Positions 17,827-26,103 of a DNA stretch of 33,349 bases are shown in pieces. The stretch is taken from positions 1 through 33,349 of IMG/VR virus record IMGVR_UViG_3300032321_000208, one strand, 5' to 3'. The stretch's first letter is position 1; each line of letters opens with the position of its first letter. This stretch comes from a virus. Taxonomy: Duplodnaviria > Caudoviricetes. A program made the translations under genes and the position numbers. A model generated the notes under the pieces. That model saw only the letters and a program-made list of their open reading frames with translations, ran no database searches and had not been told where the DNA came from.

Positions 17827-18092
17827 TTCCATTATATATATGGGTGGGTGCAGTACGATAGGTAGCACGTAGGGTGGGATATTTACTGTGCATTCCAATT
17901 ATGATGCAATATTACCATTGCTCTCTAGGGAGAAAGTAACTTTTGGGGTAAAATAGCATCAGAATATATATATTGTGTAGATGAAAACAACAACGTGGAG
18001 ACAGTTAGGGATAACTCATGGTATTTTAGCAGGTGTTAGAATACAGTATTGAATAGAAATATATAGCAATAACATAAACTTTATATAGATAT

Positions 18093-18260
18093 ATGAAAAC
18101 ATATATAGTTACATTAGTAGGATGGGATGGTCCTATGAAGAGTGAGTTTGCTCTTGGTTTTAATAGTCAAGATGTATATGATATGTATAGAAATGAGTAT
18201 CCTGTTCAGGATTATCCTCAGATACAATACATAGATGTTTCGCAAGTTCTTAATAGATAG
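18093..18260 (+). CDS. 55-aa hypothetical protein (not in ORF track)
   Basis: MKTYIVTLVGWDGPMKSEFALGFNSQDVYDMYRNEYPVQDYPQIQYIDVSQVLNR*, followed by hairpin GGGAGA/TCTCCC-TTT. Confidence 0.6.
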   Translation: MKTYIVTLVGWDGPMKSEFALGFNSQDVYDMYRNEYPVQDYPQIQYIDVSQVLNR

Positions 18261-18278
18261 GGAGACTAGTTCTCCCTT

Positions 18279-18389
18279 TATCTAATGCATCAGTCCAGCT
18301 TCCCAAGTGTCTGGCAATTGTATATAATAGCAGAGATTCCCAATTAAGGGTGCCATTCTGTGAGTATACAATTGAATGCAGAGGGGATA
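18279..18389 (+). ncRNA. Twister-class self-cleaving ribozyme (type-P1-like, extended P5)
   Basis: P1 TATC/GATA, UAA, P2 TGCA/TGCA, P4 CCAG/CTGG with loop containing TCCCAAG, and GAGGG after P2' giving the T1 pseudoknot. P5 is CAATTGTATA/TATACAATTG. Confidence 0.75.
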
Positions 18390-18611
18390 TTAACATAGAG
18401 TAAGAGGTTTTCAGGCGAATCTGTTGTAAAAATGCCCTCTTATGATAGCATAGCATAAGTGCTGATGAAACAATGCTGGTTAGGAGTTAACAACTAAACT
18501 CACACAACACATTGAGGTGTTGATCAGTTGGCAGACTTGAACTGCATATCTTTATGGTGGAAGGATAAAACCATTATTTATATTCGCACACACAATCAAA
18601 TCAATAAAGAC

Positions 18612-18818
18612 ATGAAAAGTACATTTTTAACTAATGAACAAGTTAATAAGCTAGAAGACATTCAATGGGATGTCATTGCTAATCCTGTATATATTAAACT
18701 ATATCAAGATGAGATGAATAACCAAGCATGGGTTGCATTATGTGATACACTAGGTGTAGACATTAACACAGACCATGTTAGAATATTATGTATTGCAAAA
18801 CAAGTTCCAAACTATTAA
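18612..18818 (+). CDS. Hypothetical early protein
   Basis: Likely start MKSTFLTNEQ at 18612 after an A/C-rich leader. The track's 18528 start lies in hairpins. Confidence 0.6.
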   Translation: MKSTFLTNEQVNKLEDIQWDVIANPVYIKLYQDEMNNQAWVALCDTLGVDINTDHVRILCIAKQVPNY

Positions 18819-18832
18819 ACACACACAATCAA

Positions 18833-19126
18833 ATGAAAAAGTTATTATTTATCGCAGCTATTGCTGCTACAATGTTCAGTTGTAATACTGACATGCACAC
18901 TATTATATTACCTAATGGTGCTAAGGTTGAAGCTAGAGATGTATCACGTACTATTCAATATAGTGCTGGTACTACAGTTTGTATTGTTAAGACTAACACA
19001 TCAAGCTGGAACATCTGTACTGATGGTGAAATGGTAGACACTAGTTATGTACGTTCTTATAATGAGGATGGAAAGACTAAAGTATATACTGTTACACATA
19101 AAATAGGTAAAATATCTGTACGTTAA
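18833..19126 (+). CDS. Predicted lipoprotein
   Basis: Start at 18833 gives MKKLLFIAAIAATMFS-C, a signal peptide II with a Bacteroidota-type lipobox. Confidence 0.75.
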   Translation: MKKLLFIAAIAATMFSCNTDMHTIILPNGAKVEARDVSRTIQYSAGTTVCIVKTNTSSWNICTDGEMVDTSYVRSYNEDGKTKVYTVTHKIGKISVR

Positions 19127-19135
19127 TATAGCATT

Positions 19136-19303
19136 ATGAAGAAGATTGAATTAGTATTATGGACATTATTGTGTGTGATGATGACAGTAAACTTTGCATG
19201 GATGGCCTTCATTGGTCATTCATGGAGTGCTGTTATATCAGGCATACTGTCGTTAGTATTCTTTAGAATAGTTATACTGACAAGTAAAGAGAATAGGGGT
19301 TAA
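19136..19303 (+). CDS. 55-aa membrane protein with two TM helices (not in ORF track)
   Basis: MKKIELVLWTLLCVMMTVNFAWMAFIGHSWSAVISGILSLVFFRIVILTSKENRG*. Confidence 0.65.
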   Translation: MKKIELVLWTLLCVMMTVNFAWMAFIGHSWSAVISGILSLVFFRIVILTSKENRG

Positions 19304-19317
19304 GACACATGAATGCA

Positions 19318-19348
19318 TAAAGGGCTAGTCTTATAGATTAGTCCTTTA
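19318..19348 (+). terminator. 13-bp hairpin (terminator or regulatory)
   Basis: TAAAGGGCTAGTC-TTATA-GATTAGTCCTTTA. Confidence 0.6.
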
Positions 19349-19384
19349 TATTAATCTATTTATTCACACTTAAATAACACAATC

Positions 19385-19534
19385 ATGAAAAAGGTTAAGT
19401 TATTGCCAACAGAATACTATGTCTTCAAGGATGTAGCAAAGCTTATGAACATGTCCTATTCACTATTTGGTGTGTCAGGAGGCTTTGTTATCATTGAGGC
19501 TAATATAGAGCTGTTGAGACAAATCGGTTATTAG
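19385..19534 (+). CDS. 49-aa hypothetical protein (not in ORF track)
   Basis: MKKVKLLPTEYYVFKDVAKLMNMSYSLFGVSGGFVIIEANIELLRQIGY*, with leader ACACAATC-ATG. Confidence 0.65.
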   Translation: MKKVKLLPTEYYVFKDVAKLMNMSYSLFGVSGGFVIIEANIELLRQIGY

Positions 19535-19538
19535 TACA

Positions 19539-19577
19539 AGGAGCTCTCACATTATATATGTGGGAGTTCTTATTTTC
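19539..19577 (+). terminator. 14-bp hairpin (terminator or regulatory)
   Basis: AGGAGCTCTCACAT-TATAT-ATGTGGGAGTTCTT followed by ATTTT. Confidence 0.65.
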
Positions 19578-19600
19578 TAACATTTTAAACAAGTAAACAA

Positions 19601-19801
19601 ATGAGAGTATTTTCAAAAGGTTTAGGCAAGTATTGTACAGTTGTATCAACTAAGCAATTAAAAGATGCAAAGGAAGCAGGTATTCCTGAAGCAAAGATTA
19701 CAGTGGAGGTTCATGTAAATGTAAATGGTCAAGGAGAATCACCACATTACAAGAAACTAGAATTAACAGAAACAAAGTATAAAGACTTAAAATTTATCTA
19801 A
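19601..19801 (+). CDS. Hypothetical protein
   Basis: 66 aa with A-rich leader. Confidence 0.65.
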   Translation: MRVFSKGLGKYCTVVSTKQLKDAKEAGIPEAKITVEVHVNVNGQGESPHYKKLELTETKYKDLKFI

Positions 19802-19802
19802 C

Positions 19803-20192
19803 ATGAGAGCACAAGCACAAGAGCTAGTAAAACTAGTAAAAGGATTAAAGGTAGAAATAAACAAAATTGATGATCTTAGGAACAACAGGTTCCCAATCAC
19901 TGATGAAGTTGATTTGTATGTCAATGATGCAAAAGACTATGTACATGTAACTTTCAACAAAGGTGGAAAACAAGTTGATATTACCATTCATGACTACAAT
20001 GAGAACCATTATTCTGAGACAGTGAACATTGATTTATCAATCATTGATCATGAATTAGATAAGATTGTTAAACGTAGTAAGAACATTGTTAATATATTTG
20101 CCACCGTGTATCATAACTGGGCAGAAGAAATTAAAGAGAAGAAGATTGAAGAACTAGAAGCAGAGATAGCTAAACTTAGAGGAGACGCATAA
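19803..20192 (+). CDS. Hypothetical protein
   Basis: 129 aa, C-terminal coiled coil, tight operon spacing. Confidence 0.7.
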   Translation: MRAQAQELVKLVKGLKVEINKIDDLRNNRFPITDEVDLYVNDAKDYVHVTFNKGGKQVDITIHDYNENHYSETVNIDLSIIDHELDKIVKRSKNIVNIFATVYHNWAEEIKEKKIEELEAEIAKLRGDA

Positions 20193-20677
20193 TGTATCAG
20201 TTAGCTAAACTAGTATTAATCAACTATCAACCCAAGGAATTGGAAGAAGATATGATGTTTGCCATGGATGTGCATTTACGCACATTCGATGGTGAATTCT
20301 CATACTTGCATGTACACACACTTGACAAGATACCCAAGGATCAGGATAAATACATTCGTGAGAATGGATTTCCTGTACACATGTATCTGATTGCTCAAGA
20401 ACAGACTAATCCAGATATATCAGAGAGAATTATAGCACACCATAGTCAAATTGGTTGGTGGGATGATGGTAATGATGTAGACACACTACGAACCATTGAA
20501 CTTAGTGATATCAATAGCATCCTCATGAATGAAGGATATGTTATGGTAGATGCTGATGAAGATGGTGATCCTATCCTTGAGATGGGAAATGTCACACTCT
20601 GTTCACACATAGATGATGAGGATGAAGAATGGATAGAACAATGGGGAGAAGACGATAAGCTTTTCCGAGAAGATTAA
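20192..20677 (+). CDS. Acidic hypothetical protein
   Basis: 161 aa, TAATG coupling. Confidence 0.7.
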   Translation: MYQLAKLVLINYQPKELEEDMMFAMDVHLRTFDGEFSYLHVHTLDKIPKDQDKYIRENGFPVHMYLIAQEQTNPDISERIIAHHSQIGWWDDGNDVDTLRTIELSDINSILMNEGYVMVDADEDGDPILEMGNVTLCSHIDDEDEEWIEQWGEDDKLFRED

Positions 20678-20710
20678 ACATAGAAATTCAATACACAAAA
20701 CTTAGAAAGC

Positions 20711-21469
20711 ATGAAAAAGTCACAATTAGTTACAGGATTTACATCCTCAAACTTTAAACAATGGTTAGGTAGTAAAAAGATTAGCTTCTTAGCAGGTATC
20801 AATAGATCTATTGATCCAGCACAAGTAACCAAGTTAGCAAAATCAATTGATGCAATTGGTACACAACGTACTATTGTTATTGCAGAATTATCATTTATTA
20901 CAGGTAAAACAGAGTGGTATATTATTGATGGTCAACATTTATATCATGCGTTAATGCGTAATGGTTCAGATATTCCTTATGTAGTGGTAGAAATAAAAGA
21001 CAAGGCTGATTTAGTTGAGAAAATAGCGTTATTAAACGCTTCATCTAAAAGCTGGTGTACTCAAGATTATATCACTGCATGGAGTTGTTTAAAAACTGAT
21101 TACGTAAAGTTAAATGAGTATTTGAATCGTTATGATTTAGAGAAATCATTTACTGCTAGTATTTTAATGAATCGTGGATATGATGGTAGTGAAATTATCA
21201 GAGATATCAAGAGAGGAGAATTTAAAATTATTAATGAAGAAGCAAATGTTTTAATATTAGACTACATTACTGATGTTTTAAGAATTATTCCTCGTCAGAA
21301 TCGTACAGAAAATAGATATTTATGTCGTGAATTCTTAAAGTTTCTTAAATCTTGTGCTGATTATGATCATGTTCGATTTATTAAGAATATTACAAAGGTT
21401 AAAGATGAGTTTAAATTTGCTACACAAGAAAGTGGTAAGCTATCAGACTTCTTTTATAAACTTAAATAA
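20711..21469 (+). CDS. ParB/Srx-like N-terminal domain protein
   Basis: 'NRSID..QVTKLAKSI...G...I.I...YIIDGQHLYHAL' ParB-N signature. Confidence 0.75.
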   Translation: MKKSQLVTGFTSSNFKQWLGSKKISFLAGINRSIDPAQVTKLAKSIDAIGTQRTIVIAELSFITGKTEWYIIDGQHLYHALMRNGSDIPYVVVEIKDKADLVEKIALLNASSKSWCTQDYITAWSCLKTDYVKLNEYLNRYDLEKSFTASILMNRGYDGSEIIRDIKRGEFKIINEEANVLILDYITDVLRIIPRQNRTENRYLCREFLKFLKSCADYDHVRFIKNITKVKDEFKFATQESGKLSDFFYKLK

Positions 21470-21481
21470 TCATGAAAAACC

Positions 21482-21775
21482 ATGAGACGAACAGGCAAAT
21501 CAATCGTAACCAAGTATCTTAAGGATATAGGTGTACCATATAAAATGGTAAATGATAACAACATCCTAGTGATGAAAGCTAATTCTAGATACCACTATTG
21601 TGTAGTGGAATTCTTTGGTATGCCTCAAGAATGGTACAGTAGACAACAGTATTTCAAGTTTAAACGCATCTTTCAAGGGCAGAGTGCTAATAGTATTATA
21701 ATTAAATTAAATGAATATTTGTATGAAGACACGTGTAGGGAAGTTAATTATGGTGGAGAATCCACGTCAGGGTAA
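21482..21775 (+). CDS. Hypothetical protein
   Basis: 97 aa ORF on the coding strand. Confidence 0.55.
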   Translation: MRRTGKSIVTKYLKDIGVPYKMVNDNNILVMKANSRYHYCVVEFFGMPQEWYSRQQYFKFKRIFQGQSANSIIIKLNEYLYEDTCREVNYGGESTSG

Positions 21776-21935
21776 AACAACATCACATCAATATCGTGGT
21801 GTTATAATGAAAGAGAATGGTATAGCATTACCTTATGTATTTACGGACACAGAGCTTGAAGTAGCTTATGCTCGTTATAATAAGTTTATGGATACCATCC
21901 TCAAACAGAGTTTAATATCTAAGATTGTAGACTAA
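21723..21935 (+). CDS. Hypothetical protein
   Basis: Likely start MKTRVGK. Stop overlaps the next ATG. Confidence 0.55.
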   Translation: MKTRVGKLIMVENPRQGKTTSHQYRGVIMKENGIALPYVFTDTELEVAYARYNKFMDTILKQSLISKIVD

Positions 21936-22087
21936 TGAACAGACAAGATAGAGAAATTGCAAAGCTTGGTGCTATCATAGTATCAGGATTGTTACTAATG
22001 GCTGTTATTTCGTTTGTTGCATTTAGCACATATATGTATATTAAATATCCTGATACAAAACCAGTACAATTTAAAATAGGTAAATGA
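21935..22087 (+). CDS. 50-aa single-pass membrane protein (not in ORF track)
   Basis: MNRQDREIAKLGAIIVSGLLLMAVISFVAFSTYMYIKYPDTKPVQFKIGK*, coupled to neighbours at both ends. Confidence 0.65.
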   Translation: MNRQDREIAKLGAIIVSGLLLMAVISFVAFSTYMYIKYPDTKPVQFKIGK

Positions 22088-22353
22088 TGGGAAAGACAAA
22101 AGGTAGTAGCTATGTAGACTGTTATCATCCTGATAACGATGACTTATGGTGTCAGCTTGAAGTGTTCTGGGAACACAATCATGAAGAAGCAGTGATGTAT
22201 TACAATGATGGATCAGGTTATCCTGGTGATGATTCATTTGAAATTACAGACTCAAAGATGATTACATATTGTGGTGAACCAGTACAAAACATGACTGAAC
22301 CACATTGGATCAATTGGGACAAGGTACAGGAGGATTTAGATACTGAAATTTAG
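22084..22353 (+). CDS. Acidic hypothetical protein
   Basis: 89 aa with 'YYNDGSGYPG'. Confidence 0.65.
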   Translation: MMGKTKGSSYVDCYHPDNDDLWCQLEVFWEHNHEEAVMYYNDGSGYPGDDSFEITDSKMITYCGEPVQNMTEPHWINWDKVQEDLDTEI

Positions 22354-22390
22354 ATTAAACAAGTAAAACTCACAATTAAACAATAACAAG

Positions 22391-22738
22391 ATGAAATTAT
22401 TAAAATTTAATGCAGAACAGTTAAAAACAGGTAATTATGAATTACTAACGTCAGATGGTAGAGCAGTAAAGCTTGGACATATTGATCCAACAGAACGTGC
22501 AGCTATCTTTGGATGGGTTAGTGGATTTGCATGTATCTGGGATATCAATGGTATTTATATCACTACTAAAAACATGTCTAAATATGATTTAAAGCTAAAG
22601 CCTATATCTCAAACTTTACACATCACTGTTACACGTGGTAAGAATGAAAAGATTAATGTGTATTGTAGCACAGATGGTTTACCAAAGGTGAAGAGTGGTT
22701 CAACATTATTAAAACGTTTACAAGTAGAATTAGACTAA
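22391..22738 (+). CDS. Hypothetical protein
   Basis: 115 aa with 'TSDGRAV...W...G....YDL', a pattern seen in small phage proteins. Confidence 0.65.
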   Translation: MKLLKFNAEQLKTGNYELLTSDGRAVKLGHIDPTERAAIFGWVSGFACIWDINGIYITTKNMSKYDLKLKPISQTLHITVTRGKNEKINVYCSTDGLPKVKSGSTLLKRLQVELD

Positions 22739-22890
22739 TGAAAGTAGCAACTATCACTGTACAGTCAGCATTTGAGCATATTGACAAAGAGCTGAAAAAG
22801 GAGTATCTTCGTGATAAACAACAGTGGATGGAGAAATGGAATGTTAGAATGATTAAAACATCCAGACCAAAGACTGCGTTAGAGCGATGA
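22738..22890 (+). CDS. 50-aa hypothetical protein (not in ORF track)
   Basis: MKVATITVQSAFEHIDKELKKEYLRDKQQWMEKWNVRMIKTSRPKTALER*, TAATG overlap. Confidence 0.6.
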   Translation: MKVATITVQSAFEHIDKELKKEYLRDKQQWMEKWNVRMIKTSRPKTALER

Positions 22891-22893
22891 TAT

Positions 22894-23127
22894 ATGTCTA
22901 GAAGTACTAAGAAGCCAATCATTAAGGATGCACCTCGTAATGCCAAGAAATCAGCCCTCTATTGGAGAGCTGTACGTAAGGGAATGAAGAGAGCTGTGAA
23001 CAGATTAGCACGTGGTGAGGAGGTAGAGATACCTTCTCATCATAGCTTAGTTAATGATTATGATTATAGTGACTTTACATTATATGCTTATGATGAGAAA
23101 TCAAAGAAGAAGTTTAAACGTAAATAG
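22894..23127 (+). CDS. Small basic protein
   Basis: MSRSTKKPIIKD..., K/R-rich, 77 aa. Confidence 0.65.
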   Translation: MSRSTKKPIIKDAPRNAKKSALYWRAVRKGMKRAVNRLARGEEVEIPSHHSLVNDYDYSDFTLYAYDEKSKKKFKRK

Positions 23128-23129
23128 TT

Positions 23130-23264
23130 ATGGAAGATAAATTATATAGTGATATAGAGCTTGCTATTATACGTTGGACACTTGATGGCACAAGAACAGC
23201 AGGTTCATTAACAAGAGAGATTATGTTAATAATTAAACAACAACAAGATGAAGAAACTAAATAA
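23130..23264 (+). CDS. 44-aa hypothetical protein (not in ORF track)
   Basis: MEDKLYSDIELAIIRWTLDGTRTAGSLTREIMLIIKQQQDEETK*. Confidence 0.6.
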   Translation: MEDKLYSDIELAIIRWTLDGTRTAGSLTREIMLIIKQQQDEETK

Positions 23265-23436
23265 GTTTGAGAGATATGTATTAGAGCAAGGATTAACTAT
23301 GTGGCAAGAAGAAATGCTAGAACATATTGTTGAGACTGAGACTAAAGGTAAGAGATCAGTATTTGCTGCAGAATATCCACCTATGGTAGTCAAAGAGATT
23401 ATGGATAAGTTAGATCAATTCACAACTAAACAATAG
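23248..23436 (+). CDS. Hypothetical protein
   Basis: 62 aa with A/C-rich leader. Confidence 0.6.
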   Translation: MKKLNKFERYVLEQGLTMWQEEMLEHIVETETKGKRSVFAAEYPPMVVKEIMDKLDQFTTKQ

Positions 23437-23440
23437 CACC

Positions 23441-23641
23441 ATGCCTGATATAGCAATGTGCCTTGGGACTGAATGTCCTAAGAAGAATAACTGTCACAGA
23501 CATACAGCTAAGGCTAGTGACTATCAATCTTATTTTACAACACCACCTATTAAGGAAGATGGTAGCTGTGAGTATTTCTGGGATAACAAAGAATATCCAC
23601 CAGAAGGAGTGTTTCACATTAAACTAAAAGACGATGAGTAA
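23441..23641 (+). CDS. Small Cys-containing phage protein
   Basis: 'MPDIAMC....CP....C.R....QSYF...CEYFW' pattern. Confidence 0.7.
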   Translation: MPDIAMCLGTECPKKNNCHRHTAKASDYQSYFTTPPIKEDGSCEYFWDNKEYPPEGVFHIKLKDDE

Positions 23642-23849
23642 ACTAACAGCAGTAGAATGGCTAGTTGATCAGTTAGATAAAGAAAATATGTTTATGTATT
23701 TATTTACTAAACAGATAAAACAAGCCAAAGAAATGGAGGAACAGCAAATAAGAGAAGCATACGTTGATGGATGTGTGGGTGAGATGTATGAATTAAGTGC
23801 TACATACACCGCAGAACAATATTATAACGCAACTTATAAAGAATCATGA
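23634..23849 (+). CDS. Small phage protein (TAVEWL...AKEME...EQYYN type)
   Basis: Recognisable recurrent motif in Bacteroidota phages; function unknown. Confidence 0.7.
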   Translation: MSKLTAVEWLVDQLDKENMFMYLFTKQIKQAKEMEEQQIREAYVDGCVGEMYELSATYTAEQYYNATYKES

Positions 23850-25795
23850 AAGTATTTATTTATGACATTGAAACGATGCAAGAGCTGTTTCTCATACATG
23901 TCTACGATCCACAAGAAGACAAGGGATATGATTTCTTAATCAGTCAATGGCATAATAACTTTGATGGTTTTATTAAACTCTTACACAATCATCCTGAACA
24001 CTATTGGGTAGGTTATAATAATCTACGCTTTGATGCACAGGTTGTTGAGTGGGTGTTACGTAGTTATGAGGATTGGCATGAAGCTAGTGGTCTTGAGATT
24101 ACTGCTAAGATTGCACAGAAAGCAGCAGATGTTATTCATGATGCTAACTTTGAGGTGTTCCCTGAGTTCAGAGAAGACCAACTATCATTCAAACAGATAG
24201 ATTTATTCAAGGTGAATCACTATGATAACAAGAATCGAATGGTTAGTCTTAAAAGGCTAGAGTTCGAGATGGATCTTGAGAACATCGAGGAGATGCCTAT
24301 ACATCACACAAAGACAAACATGACCAAGGAAGAGATTGTTCTCACCATGGACTATTGTAGTAATGATGTACATGCAACTTATGAGTTCTACAAGGTTACA
24401 ACAGGTAACACTGAACATCCATTATACAAGGGCAATAATCAGATAGAATTGCGACAAGATATCCAAGAAGAATTTGGTATACCATGTCTTAACTATTCTG
24501 ATAGTAAGATTGGTGATGAGATGATTAAGAAGTATTATTGTGAACAGAAAGGTATTAAACCAGCAGATCTACCTAAGAAAGGATTCTTTCGTAAGGATAT
24601 CAGAGTGAAGAATTGCATTGCAGATTATGTTGATTTCCAAACACCACAGCTAAAACTCTTCTTGAAGAAGATGAAAGGCACAGTACTTGGATTATCAGAT
24701 GATTTCAAAGAACACATTACATTCTATGATAATGCATATTCATTCATGAAAGGTGGTTTACATACAGAGAACAAACCAGAAATATTTGAAGCTGATGAGA
24801 ATTATGAGATCATTGATTGGGATGTGTCTAGCTACTATCCTGCTATTATCATTAATAGTAAGCGTTATCCCTCTCATCTTGGTAAAGAGTTCCTTTTGGG
24901 TTATAAACAAATGTTTGACCGCAGATTGGAGCTCAAGCCCCAGGCAAAGAAGGATAAACGTATTAGGGGTATTGTTGGTGCTCTTAAGCTTGCTGTTAAT
25001 AGTGTGTATGGTAAGTCTAGTGATATGCAATCCTGGATTTATGATAGACAACTTACTATGTTTACAACTATTACTGGCGAGCTGTCTCTATTTATGCTTA
25101 TTGAAGCTTATGAACTAGAGGGCATACATGTAATATCAGCTAACACTGATGGTGTTACTATTCGCATAAAGAAAACAGACCTAGATAAAATGCATGCAAT
25201 TAATGCATGGTGGTCAAAACTAACTCAATATGAACTCGAAAGAACTGATTATAGCAAGATTATCTTCTCAACAGTCAATGATTACCTTGCAGTTAAAACA
25301 GATGGAGAGATTAAGAAGAAAGGAGATTTTCTTACTGACTTTGAGCTTCATAAGAATAAGTCTGGTAGGATTGTGCCTATTGCCCTTGAACAGTATTTCA
25401 TCAATGGTACTCCTGTTGCTGATACTATTTGCAATCATAGAAATATTTATGATTTTGCAATGCGGCAACGAGCTACAAAGGATTTTCACTTTGAAGGAAG
25501 ATCTGATAAAGGAACAACAGTCTACAACAAGCTCATTAGATACTATATATCAAATGTGGGGGAGAAGCTACTCAAAGTTAAGAATGAAGAATGTGACACA
25601 AGAGCAGCAGCTATATCACAAGTGGAAGCAGGAGAATGGTTGATGACAGTATGTAATCACCTATCACCTAAACATCCACTAGATAACATTAACCATTCTT
25701 ATTATATTGAGAAAGCAGAACGTATTATTAACAAGATTAATTATCAGGGCAAGAAAGTACCTGTAATAATCAAAAATCAACTAAGTTTATTCTAA
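23846..25795 (+). CDS. polB: Family B DNA polymerase with 3'-5' exonuclease
   Basis: ExoI YDIET, ExoII GYNNLRFD, ExoIII YCSNDV. Polymerase motifs DWDVSSYYP, KLAVNSVYG, ANTDG. Confidence 0.92.
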   Translation: MKVFIYDIETMQELFLIHVYDPQEDKGYDFLISQWHNNFDGFIKLLHNHPEHYWVGYNNLRFDAQVVEWVLRSYEDWHEASGLEITAKIAQKAADVIHDANFEVFPEFREDQLSFKQIDLFKVNHYDNKNRMVSLKRLEFEMDLENIEEMPIHHTKTNMTKEEIVLTMDYCSNDVHATYEFYKVTTGNTEHPLYKGNNQIELRQDIQEEFGIPCLNYSDSKIGDEMIKKYYCEQKGIKPADLPKKGFFRKDIRVKNCIADYVDFQTPQLKLFLKKMKGTVLGLSDDFKEHITFYDNAYSFMKGGLHTENKPEIFEADENYEIIDWDVSSYYPAIIINSKRYPSHLGKEFLLGYKQMFDRRLELKPQAKKDKRIRGIVGALKLAVNSVYGKSSDMQSWIYDRQLTMFTTITGELSLFMLIEAYELEGIHVISANTDGVTIRIKKTDLDKMHAINAWWSKLTQYELERTDYSKIIFSTVNDYLAVKTDGEIKKKGDFLTDFELHKNKSGRIVPIALEQYFINGTPVADTICNHRNIYDFAMRQRATKDFHFEGRSDKGTTVYNKLIRYYISNVGEKLLKVKNEECDTRAAAISQVEAGEWLMTVCNHLSPKHPLDNINHSYYIEKAERIINKINYQGKKVPVIIKNQLSLF

Positions 25796-26103
25796 TGGCA
25801 GGAACACAAAAACAAAGAGATCAATTGATCAAGAACCTAATAACTCTCCAGATGGAGGCTATTGGGAAAAGGTATGTGGATTGGATTGAAGTAGATAATC
25901 CAAGAGAGATGTATGTAATGACTGAAGAACAATACAAAGACTTTGATAAGAAGGCTATGTACTTAGTCAAGAAGACTAAGAAGTGTAACAGTGGAATTGC
26001 TCGTAACACAGTAAATCAATACAATCAACACGTAGGACTGTATGTAATACAACCTAAACCAGCATGGTGGGAGAGATTACGTAAGTTCTTTGTTGGTTAT
26101 TAG
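25795..26103 (+). CDS. Hypothetical protein
   Basis: 102 aa, coupled to polB. Confidence 0.65.
   Translation: MAGTQKQRDQLIKNLITLQMEAIGKRYVDWIEVDNPREMYVMTEEQYKDFDKKAMYLVKKTKKCNSGIARNTVNQYNQHVGLYVIQPKPAWWERLRKFFVGY

Noticed and set aside
18295-18314. tRNA-Gly(CCC) anticodon-arm-like CCAGCTTCCCAAG..CTGG
   Set aside because: No D arm, T arm or acceptor stem. It is better explained as the P4/L4 of the twister ribozyme. No tRNA gene was recognised in the window.
18447-18478. Hammerhead-like CTGATGA core
   Set aside because: No stem II and no separate GAAA before stem III, and stem I would be only 2 bp.
7242-25795. Introns, inteins, homing endonucleases, DGR/reverse transcriptase or integrase
   Set aside because: MCP, TerL and PolB are uninterrupted and of expected size. 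No HNH, LAGLIDADG, RT or tyrosine-recombinase motifs were seen.
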